64,000 nt of DNA from Dendrobates tinctorius (lineage: Eukaryota): positions 27,714,001 to 27,778,000 of the forward strand of contig NW_027361682.1 in NCBI RefSeq assembly GCF_039654945.1, given 5' to 3'. The notes beneath the pieces are model-generated. The model saw only the letters and a list, made by a program, of their open reading frames with translations, did not search any database and was not told the origin of the DNA. The position numbers and the translations under genes are program-made. Below are positions 54,301 through 64,000 of this stretch, one piece after another (within the stretch, counting starts at the first letter, position 1; each line of letters opens with the position of its first letter).

Positions 54301-57300
54301 AAAAACCTGGGAAGAACATCCAACTTAAAGGAGTTCATCCTACCAAACCATGAAATATTCTTTCGTCCGTACTCTCTCAAACGCTTCAGGGTCGATTCCA
54401 GAAGGGGTAAATAGTTGAGTTTGTAAAGGTCGGTCATGTCGGCAGGAATTTGAACGCCCAAATATTGGATAGCTCCATTTTGCCACCGAAAGGGGAAATT
54501 CTCCATTATTCTCGTAAGTTCTTCTGGTCCTAAGGATATATTAAGGGCTTTGGTTTTCTGAAAATTAATTTTAAAATTACTGACTGCACCGTATTTTTTA
54601 AATTCCACCATCAGCGACGGAAGGGAAATGTGTGGCTGAGATACATACAGTAGGAGGTCATCCGCGTAAAGAGAGACCTTATAATGAACTCTATCCACCC
54701 ATAGGCCGTGCACACTGGGATTCCCCCTAATTGCTACCGCCAAATGTTCCATGACCACAGTGTATAAAGTATAAAAGGGGCGATAGAGGGCATCCCTGTT
54801 GTGTGCCGTTCCCGATAGCTATAGGGTCTGACAATGCTCCATCGACCCTAACTCTCGCCGAAGGGCTGGAGTACAGAGCCACAATCTTTTGTAGGAAGCG
54901 ACTCCCCAGGCCTATTTGCCGCGGGGCCGAGAACATGAATCCCCAGTGTACCCGGTCAAAGGCTTTCTCCGCGTCGATCGACAGCAGCGCCATCGGTTTA
55001 TGTTTTGATTTAGCATGTGCAGTCAGAATGAGGGTTTTATTTATCCCGTCCCTCGCCTCCCTCCCCCGTACAAACCCCACCTGATCCGAGTGCACAACCA
55101 AAGGCAGAAGGGGAGCTAATCGGTTAGCCAAAATTTTTGCGCAAAGTTTCACATCTACATTAATAAGTGATATTGGGCGATAATTAGTTACTATCGTAGG
55201 ATCCCTTCCCGGTTTCAGCATCACTGTAATGAAAGCCTCTAAAGGCCCTTTTACATTTAGCGATGCACCAGCGATCCGACCAGCGATCCCACCCGGTCAG
55301 GATCGCTGGTGCATCGCTAAATGATCGCTAGTGAGCTTTCATACAGAAAGACCTCACAGCGATGCAGCAGCGACGCAGCGCACGATACTTACCTTTCACA
55401 CCCAGCGATGAAGACGTCCTCCCGCCCGCCTCCACGCGTCGCTGGACGTCACAGCAGGAAGTCTCAGCAGGAAGCGCCCGACGAGAAATGGAGCCGGACA
55501 TTCTCGCGCGATCAGCGATGGACAGCGGGGGAGCCGGTCGCTGGTAAGTATCACACATAGCGATATCGCTAGCAATATCGCTATAACGTCACAAAACCAG
55601 TGACGTTTTAGCGATATTGCTAGCGATATCGCTTAGTGTAAAACCCCCTTAAGGATTGTGGGACAAATGGGGCATCGGCTGCGATGGAGTTAAAGACCTG
55701 TGTCATAGTGGGGTTAAGTTGCTCTCAAAATGTCTTGTAGAAATGAGGGGAAAAGCCCTCCGGTCCTGGGCTCTTACCAGCTGGAGTGTTCCGAATGACC
55801 TCATCAATCTCCTCCGTTGTGAAATCAGTTTCTAGTGGTTCTGTTAGATCTGTAGTCAATGTCGGGAGGGCGGTATCATGTATGTACGACTCAATTTGTG
55901 GTTGGGGGTCCAGAGACGGCTGAGAGGGGTCACCTCCTTTAATATTGTACAATGCATGGTAATAGCGCTGCATTATGTCTAGGATTTCGGTTGGGTTCGA
56001 CGTCACCTGACCACGATGCTTCTGAAGGGACGGTATGTATGTGGTCCGACAACGTGGATGTAAAAATCTAGATGGCATACTCCACATTTATTAGCTTGGC
56101 CATATAAAAGACTTTTAAAGCGATTTCTATGAATACGGGACTTCTCATTTAACAGAGATTTCAGGTCGTCCCTACATTTGATCAAGCCAGTCTGCGTCTC
56201 CGCTCTTAAGTCATTCTTATGGTTCGTCTCCAGAATTAATACTTTTTCCTTAAGATCCCAAATTTCCTTGTTTTTCAATTGCTTCAAGCGGGAACCATGT
56301 TTAATAAGCACCCTTCTAAAGACACATTTAAGAGTTTCCCATTTGATAGGCATAGCGGCGTCATCATGTGCGTGATCTTGTAAAAATGTCACTATGGTAG
56401 TTTTAACGTCAGCCATACATGTGGGGTCTTTTAAAAGATTATCGTTCAGTCTCCACATCCACTGTCGCGTTCCCGAATCAGGGGGGCTGATGTCCAAAAA
56501 GATTGGAGCATGATCCGACCACAGGAAACTTCCAATAGACGGTTTCGGATTCCAAGCCAACGCGCAGTGGCTAAGAAGAAAAATCTATTCTGCCATATGA
56601 GTTATGTGACGTGGAGAAGAACGTGTAATCCTTCGTGGTGGGGTTAAGGAGCCTCCCGACATCGGTGAGTTGTAAGTCGTGAAGGTCTCTTTTTAAAGAG
56701 GTCATCTGTTGAAGAGAGAGCTAAGACCTTGCCGCCGTCGAGTCCAATGTCGGGTTAAGAGTCAGATTGAAGTCTCCCCCCAGTATAACAACCTCTTCAG
56801 CAAAATCAGCTACAATCTTCAAAAAGGACCGAACAGCTCGAATTTGATCTCGGCCGGAAGCGTACCAACCAGCTATAGTATATGTTGTTGAAAAAATCTG
56901 GATCTTCAAGATCATGTACCTCCCTTCCGTATCAATTAGTGTGTCCAGTATAGTATGTTGGAGGGATTTGTGGAGTGAAATGGAAACACCTCGGGATCGT
57001 GAGTCCGGGTTGGCGCTGTGGAACCAAGACGTGTAATAGCGATTGGGTATATTAGGAACATGTCCAATCTTAAAATGTGTCTCTTGTAATATCAATACAT
57101 TAACTTTTTTCTTGTGCATACCATATAAGATATGCGACCGTTTCTGTGGTGTGTTGAAGCCCCTCACATTTAAGGAGCCCAATGTGATCCTCTGTGTGGC
57201 AGTCCTACCAGGCATCGTGTTTGCAGACTGGGATCGAGGGACTCAAGCTTCCTCCACAAGGATGGGTCCGCTCCGGGGTCCAGCGCCCGCTGTAGGGAAG

Positions 57301-60300
57301 GGGGAAGGTTAATGGGGTGGGGATAGGTTAGATACAGAGAATAAACAAAGAGTTAAGAATTAGAAAAGCAGAAGATAACAATACAGTCATGGCCAAAAGT
57401 ATTGACACCCCTGCAATTCTGTCAGATAATACTCAGTTTCTTCCTGAAAATGATTGCAAACACAAATTCTTTGGTATTATTATCTTCATTTAATTTGTCT
57501 TAAATGAAAAAACACTAAAAGAATTGTCCTAAAGCCAAATTGGATATAATTCCACACCAAACATAACAAAGAGGGTGGACAAAAGTATTGGCACTGTTTG
57601 AAAAATCATGTGATGCTTCTCTAATTTGTGTAATTAACAGCACCTGTAACTTACCTGTGGCACCTAACAGGTGTTGGCAATAACTAAATCACACTTGCAG
57701 CCAGTTGACATGGATTAAAGTTGACTCAACCTCTGTCCTGTGTCCTTGTGTGTACCACATTGAGCATGGAGAAAAGAAAGAAGACCAAAGAACTGTCTGA
57801 GGACTTGAGAAACCAAATTGTGAGGAAGCATGAGCAATCTCAAGGCTACAAGTCCATCTCCAAAGACCTGAATGTTCCTGTGTCTACCGTGCGCAGCGTC
57901 ATCAAGAAGTTTAAAGCCCATGGCACTGTGGCTAACCTCCCTAGATGTGGCCGGAAAAGAAAAATTGACAAGAGATTTCAACGCAAGATTGTGCGGATGT
58001 TGGATAAAGAACCTCCACTAACATCCAAACAAGTTCAAGCTGCCCTGCAGTCCGAGGGTACAACGGTGTCAATCCGTACTATCCGTCGGCGTCTGAATGA
58101 AAAGGGACTGTATGGTAGGAGACCCAGGAAGACTCCACTTCTTACCCCGAGACATAAAAAAGCGAGGCTGGAGTTTGCCAAAACTTACCTGAAAAAGCGT
58201 AAAACATTTTGGAAGAATGTTCTCTGGTCAGATGAGACAAAAGTAGAGCTTTTAGGGCAAAAGCATCAACATAGAATTTACAGGAGAAAAAAGAGGCATT
58301 CAAAGAAAAAAACACGGTCCCTACAGTCAAACATGGTGGAGGTTCCCTGATGTTTTGAGGTTGCTTTGCTGCCTCTGGCACTGGACTGCTTGACCGTGTG
58401 CATGGCATTATGAAGTCAGAAGACTACCAACAAATTTTGCAGCATAATTTAGGGCCCAGTGTGAGAAAGCTGGGTCTACCTCAGAGGTCATGGGTCTTCC
58501 AGCAGGACAATAACCCAAAACACACTTCAAAAAGCACTAGAAAATGGTTTGAGAGAAAGCACTGGAGACTTCTAAGGTGGCCAGCAATGAGTCCAGACCT
58601 GAATCCCATAGAACACCTGTGGAGAGATCTAAAAATGGCAGTTTGGAGAAGGCACCCTTCAAATATCAGGGACCTGGAGTAGTTTGCCAAAGAAGAATGG
58701 TCTAAAATTCCAGCAGAGCATTGTAAGAAACTCATTGATGGTTACCAGAAGCGGTTGGTCGCAGTTATTTTGGCTAAAGGTTGTGCAACCAAGTATTAGG
58801 CTGAGGGTGCCAATACTTTTGTCCGGCCCATTTTTGGAGTTTTGTGTGAAATGATCAATGTTTTGCTTTTTGCTTCATTCTCTTTTGTGTTTTTTCATTT
58901 AAGACGAATTAAATGAAGATAATAATACCAAAGAATTTGTGTTTGCAATCATTTTCAGGAAGAAACTGAATATTATCTGACAGAATTGCAGGGGTGTCAA
59001 TACTTTTGGCCATGACTGTATAATTAACAAAGCGGGTGTGATTAAGCACACACCCACAGACAACGTGAAACCAGGTGGAGGTATGCACTAATTGCTGTAC
59101 GCCTCAATGGCAGGACAGCACCTCCAAGGGGGGTAAGTGTACGGCAAGAAGAGAAATGGAGACCCGTCTCCCCCGGTCCCCAACCTTATAATGAAATAAA
59201 CTTCACTTGCCCCTGAAACAAGAAATCCAACCCCTTAAGATTATATATACCATTTCTAACAAACCCATGAGTCGTTGGCGTATCACGTTTCATGTTCAGC
59301 TTCAGTATCGTTAAAACCGAAAATGTTAAAGACGTCACAGCCATTAAATCTAGAACACCATAAACTTTCTAGAATCATGACTTCCATTAAACGGAGCCCC
59401 ATAAGGTGGCAAATCATCTAGGTATCTGGAAATATTCAGCATGAAGACACAGCCATCCAAGAGTGAGCGGGGGGGGGGAGAGAGGGGAAAGTGGAAAGAA
59501 GTGGAAAGGAAAAGAAATTTGACCGATCACATAATCTGATTTAACCCTCCGTTCCTCATTGCTAATAAAGCTGATCCCTCATCTCCACCCCCCATCCACC
59601 CATGCAGAAAATCTCTCCTAAATCACAAAACTCTGCCATCAGTCATTTTCTCCTTCTCCCGGATGTGCCCGCCCACGTCTATTGGGCCGCCGCTGTCGTT
59701 GAGGAAGCTGTCCTCCACGAGGGTCGTCCATTCTGTAAAAGGACGGTAGGGGTGGCCAGTCGAGGACGTCCACCTCATGTAGATCCAGGGCAGCTGAAAA
59801 TGCTGGGATTCCGCTGGGGTGACTCAGGTGATGTACTCTGCCCCTCTTCTGAACCCGGAGGCAGAACGGAAACCCCCAGGTATAGGGAAGATCTTTTTGT
59901 CGCAGTTCCTCCAAGAGTGGGCGAAGGGCTCTACGTCTCTGCAAAGTCCATCTGGATAGATCTGGTAGGAGCTGTATGCGGGTATCCAAGTGCTTAATGG
60001 GTCCTGCTCCCCTGGCCGCTCCCATGACTGCGTCTTTAAGTTGGTACTTATGGACCCGACAGATCACATCTCTCGGTGGGTCTTGATTATTAGGACGCGG
60101 GCCCAGAGCCCTATGAGCACGATCTAACTCCAGTGGGGTATCTTGGGGTCTATCCAATACCGAATTGAAGATGCCTCTCAAGGTGGTGTTTAACTCCTGA
60201 GGAGGGATAGCTTCGGGTAATCCCTGTACTCTTATATTATTCCTGCGTCCCCTATTTTCAGAATCGTCCAGCATCTCTGCCAGAGTCTGCAGCTGTCTAG

Positions 60301-62932
60301 CCTGGGCAGCCACAGCAGCTTCTTGAGCCTCTATTCTGTCATTCAGGGAAGTCAGGAGCTGGTCATGAGATTCAACCTTCTCTCCGCATTGTTGAATATC
60401 ATCCTTAAGTATAGAAAGTTCCGCTTTGTAAGAAGATTCCAAGCGAACAATATATTGTTCCATATCTTGTTTCGTCGGTATGTCTTTTATCTTATTATAC
60501 AGTAATGTGAAATCAACTCCTATGGGTACTACAGGTTCTCCTGCCAGGAGAGGGGCCACAGGCCCGCATTGTGATGTTATGGACGTGACTAATTGAGGAG
60601 TAGGTGGGGGAGGTATGCCAGACGGCAAGTCATCTTGATGAGCATTTATTATTATGGGTTGATTAAGCTGCCCTCTCAGCTTGGGGTCGGCTCCGTCCTG
60701 AGTTATATTGTCTCCTGTGATGGCAAGGTTGCTGTCAGGAGGCTTAGTATTAAGCCCCCGTTAAACACTGCGATATCGCTAGCAATATCGCTGTAAAGTC
60801 ACCGATTTTGTGACGTTGCAGCGATATTGCTAGCGATATCGCTGCATGTGATACTTACCTCCGACCGGCTCCCCCGCTGGTTATCGCTGATCGCGCGAGA
60901 AGCTGTTGGACCATTCCTCGTCGTCAGCTTCCTGCGGCGCTTCCTACTGTGACGATGAGCGACGCGTGGAGCCGGGCAGGAGGACGCAGGATCGCCGCGT
61001 CTGACAGGTAAGAAGCGATCCCCGTCCCCAGCGATGTCGCTGGTGAGATCTGCCTGTGTGGCAGCTCACTAGCGACCACCTAGCGATGCACCAGCGATCC
61101 TGACCGCGTCATATTGCTGGTTGGGATCGCTGGTGAGTCGCTAAGTGTAACGGTACCCTTAGTATTATTTCCCTGGGAGAGTGGCGCAGGGTATGTCAGG
61201 GTGGCCCTCCCTGGGCCTGCATTGGGTACAGCAGTGTGAGGTCTCTTCGGCCTGTCTGCGGGGTCTCCCTTTAAGGCATATGTTTCCAGGGGCTCAGCGG
61301 TGCTATTACCGCTATTAGCAGACTGCCTCGCTTCTTTCACCTCCATCAAAGTCGCCCCACTAGATCCTGGGGAGGTCCCCTCTCTCTGTCTTCTCTCCCT
61401 CCACGCTGTTCCCCCATCTTCGGTACCTTTCTCCCTGCCGACGGCAGGGCCGATTGTCCTCTGCGCTCCGCTTCCAACATGGCGCCTGCACCTGCAGCCT
61501 TCTTCCCCGCTCCCGCGATGTAGCGGGAAATGTTGTGGGGAGCTTTCTCGGGTGCCGCGGAGCCTGAAGGCGCACTCCCCCGGCTTCTCCTTGTGGACAT
61601 TGGGGTGTTGGACATCAGGGTAAGTCCCTTGTTGTGGTGGTTCCCGGTGCTGAAGCGGGAGCTCTCCAGGACGCGTCCTAACTCCTCGCCGGCCATGCCA
61701 CGCCCCTACATCCTGTATTATACTCCAGAGCTGAACTCACTTTTCTGCTGGTGCAGTCACTGTGTACATACATTACTTATCCTGTACTGATCCTGAGTTA
61801 CATCCTGTATTATACTCCAGAGCTGCACTCACTATTCTGCTGGTACAGTCATTGTGTACACGCATTGCATTACTTATCCTGTACTGATCCTGAGTTACAT
61901 CCTGTATTATACTCCAGAGCTGCACTCACTATTCTGCTGGTGCAGTCACTGTGTATATATATTACATTACTGATCCTGAGTTACATTCTGTATTATACTC
62001 CAGAGATGCACTCACTATTCTGCTGGTAGAGTCACTGTGTACATACATTACTTATCCTGTACTGATCCTGAGTTACATTCTGTATTATACTCCAGAGCTG
62101 CACTCACTATTCTGCTGGTGAAGTCACTGTGTACATACATTACATTACTTATCCTGTACTGATCCTGAGTTACATTCTGTATTAGGCTATGTGCACACTC
62201 TGCGGTTTTGGCCGCTGCGGATCTGCAGCAGTTCTGCAGACAGTGTGCAGAACAATGTAAGTTTATGTGATTTACAATCTGCTGTGCACATGCTGCGGAT
62301 TTTTAACTGTGGAAAAGTTGCGGTTTTGAATCCGCAGAAAGAAAATGACATGTCAATTCTTTTCTGCGGATACTGCTGCGGTTTACCATCTCCTCCACTG
62401 TAGAGGTGATAAACCGCAGGCCAATCCGCAGGTCATTTTACCTGCGATTCCGCAGATACAAATCCGCAGACCAATCCGCAGCATGTGCACATAGCCTTAT
62501 ACTCCAGAGCTGCACTCACTATTCTGCTGCTAGTGGAATCCCTGCCTACTGAATACATTACTTTTCCTAAATGACATCCTGTATTGTACTCCTGAGCTAC
62601 AATCTTAATTCAGTTAGCATTACAAATTACTAACCTTTATATGGTCTGGACTGTAGATTATCAAGTCAACTTTTGGACTGGAAAACATATAAACATAACA
62701 GATGATTGTTATTTGGGACCCCGATGAGGGGGGAGGGGACCACATACACAAGTAAAACACTGGGCCTGTAGCGCTCCCTTATTGACCTGTAGACAGGTAG
62801 CGGTTTCCACTGGAGTGCGTGGGAAGCCGACAACTTACTGGACGTATTTACAGCTTGGACCTTCTGGGCAGAAACCCACCAGGTAGTTGGTGCACATGAC
62901 TCTGCGGGTGTGTCTGTGCTTACAGGCTGGAC
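51301..62932 (-). CDS. CPSF4L: CPSF4-like (CPSF30 paralog), 3' four exons; 5' exons outside the window
   Basis: complement(join(51301-51369,51448-51648,62635-62677,62839-62932)): [32 protein letters not shown]|[14 protein letters not shown]|NAAAPQ...[10 protein letters not shown]|[26 protein letters not shown] finger plus CCHC knuckle; position next to C17orf80 is that of CPSF4L. Confidence 0.85.
51448..51648 (-). CDS. CPSF4L: CPSF4L penultimate exon
   Basis: Ends [10 protein letters not shown]|GTAAGG; acceptor TCTTACAG. Confidence 0.85.
51750..52454. repeat. ~97-bp satellite array, left part
   Basis: Same unit as 14856-16882; continues at 61707-62530 after the L1. Confidence 0.92.
52969..57215 (-). 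pseudogene. L1 ORF2 (endonuclease-RT), frameshifted and MITE-interrupted
   Basis: Seven partial ORFs with collinear EN, RT and C-terminal cysteine motifs. Confidence 0.9.
55243..55649. mobile_element. PIF/Harbinger-like MITE in L1 ORF2
   Basis: TAA TSD; removal restores ...PQSL|[11 protein letters not shown]. Confidence 0.8.
57384..59018 (+). mobile_element. Tc1 transposon copy 2 (same family as 33292-34928), in the L1 inter-ORF spacer
   Basis: TA|CAGTCATGGCC...GGCCATGACTG|TA. Transposase 57766-58799 has a frameshift near 58290 and stops near 58356 and 58680. Confidence 0.95.
59639..60628 (-). pseudogene. L1 ORF1 core (coiled coil, RRM, CTD)
   Basis: ORF track protein with L1 ORF1 motifs; N-terminal part continues with frameshifts and a MITE up to about 61600-61696. 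Confidence 0.85.
60753..61159. mobile_element. MITE in L1 ORF1 (relative of the 55243-55649 MITE, opposite orientation)
   Basis: Shared CGATATCGCTAGCAATATCGCT and CAGCGATCC repeats. Confidence 0.75.
61707..62530. repeat. ~97-bp satellite array, right part, with MITE 62185-62496
   Basis: Same unit; MITE GGCTATGTGCAC...GTGCACATAGCC with TTA TSD. Confidence 0.9.
62635..62677 (-). CDS. CPSF4L: CPSF4L small internal exon
   Basis: TTTTCCAG|T CCA AAA...ATA AAG|GTTAGT; phase 2 to 0 fits both neighbours. Confidence 0.7.
62839..62932 (-). CDS. CPSF4L: CPSF4L CCCH zinc-finger exon
   Basis: [29 protein letters not shown], close to CPSF4 ZF4 end and ZF5. Confidence 0.93.
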
Positions 62933-63779
62933 CTGGGTGATGGAAAGGAAGAGGATTAGTAGGAAAAGGCAGAGCTATTAAGGGATTCCAGCTGGTGCAA
63001 GTTCCGGGGTCCGGGTGCGAGCGTCCTCTACACCCCTATAGGCACCACATCCTGATATATAGAAGAGGCCATCTGTACCAGCAAGTAGAGAAGTCGTAAC
63101 AAAGTGTCCAGTGACTGACACAAGGGATTAATCCCCACCCAGAAAACAATGCACCTTGCTGCAAAAGCAATAAAAATCCGTCGGCGATTCTCCGCTGAAA
63201 GCTTCCGTAGGGCGTTAGTGGGAGTAGGAGAAACTAGATCATGTACAGTAATGCTTCTCTATAGATCTTCCCAGGAATCGCCTTCATTGTATGACAGTCG
63301 TGGCCCCGCAGGGGATTGTGATGATGGAAACATCTGCCTGCTGTAAGAAAACACCCATGGTGCAAGAAACAGTCTGCCCAAAGAATGATCAGTGCATTAT
63401 GGAAGATGTGGCGTTTACCCTATAAACCGGAGGAAAATGTCCAAAGAGATAAAACTGAGCTGCCATACTAGACACTAGCCAGGTGTGGCGCTGTTTCAGG
63501 AGGAAAGCAGCTATTTTTCTCCAGTCCTGGACAACCCCTTGAGTGGGAATGACTTCTTGTTAAAATTAATCCTGTATGTTGTAAATATATACAATTTTTT
63601 TAACAATTTTTTTCAGTTTTCCATATCACAAACTATATAGTAATCAGAAACGGTGCTATTTTCACACCTAGTATTATGCATAATACTAAGCTCAACTCTC
63701 TACCGAAGATTTCAGCAGTCTCAATATTATTCCAGGCAGGACTACAATGAAAGGAGACACATCTACAGTATATACAATA

Positions 63780-64000
63780 TAGAATGCGATCAACAACAAA
63801 TGATGTCACAGCTCACCTCCTCCCCCTCCTGTACAATGACTGATAACACCTCTATATACAGTATATAATGCAGGATCCACCATTCACAATAGATGTCACA
63901 GCTCACCTCATCCTCCCCCTGTACAATGACTGATAACACCTCTATATACAGTAGATAATTCAAGATCCACCTTTCACAATAGGTGACATCACAGCTCACC
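63780..64000. repeat. ~90-bp tandem repeat running off the window end
   Basis: GATGTCACAGCTCACCTC...TGTACAATGACTGATAACACCTCTATATACAG repeated. Confidence 0.8.

Larger units (their letters stand above)
52455..61706 (-). mobile_element. Full-length, inactivated L1-clade LINE with nested Tc1 and two MITEs
   Basis: 5' end GGGGCGTGGC at 61706. ORF1 ([24 protein letters not shown]) ends at 59639. ORF2 57215-52969: APE (SLNVRG, LQETH, GGDFN, SDH), RT (YRPISL, DAEKAFD, QGCPLSP, YADD), CWRC...H....C. 15-bp TSD TACATCCTGTATTAT. Confidence 0.95.

Noticed and set aside
62933-64000. Further CPSF4L exons
   Set aside because: No sequence encoding the expected CPWYDRGFCKHG-type finger was found; those exons must lie beyond the window.

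Overview
Vertebrate genomic DNA, not prokaryotic. The repeat landscape (TTAA-flanked Kolobok/T2 and piggyBac-type MITEs, TWA-flanked PIF/Harbinger MITEs, Tc1, Helitrons, L1, CR1) points to an anuran amphibian; this is an inference. The window carries the gene block syntenic with human 17q25.1: COG1 (+, 14 coding exons, 4875-19327, 968 aa), FAM104A/VCF1 (-, 3 coding exons, 107 aa, plus an upstream exon near 30.4 kb), C17orf80/MTNAP1 (+, 4 coding exons, 446 aa, ATP synthase subunit f-like C-terminus) and the last four exons of a CPSF4-like gene (CPSF4L, -; the 5' exons lie beyond the window). All exon models were built by hand from GT-AG boundaries and reading-frame continuity. Introns and intergenic DNA are packed with nested mobile elements and minisatellites. 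Top observations: (1) the convergent C17orf80-CPSF4L pair mirrors the ATP5MF-CPSF4 pair, suggesting C17orf80 is a duplicated ATP synthase subunit f gene that gained a large exon; (2) a TSD-flanked, non-coding, highly structured 410-bp unit in partial-tandem plus inverted arrangement (Penelope/retrozyme-like) without a canonical hammerhead core; (3) the FAM104A/C17orf80 head-to-head promoter is split by about 6.8 kb of nested transposons; (4) a 97-bp satellite received a full-length L1 and two MITEs in the same ~20-bp part of its unit.
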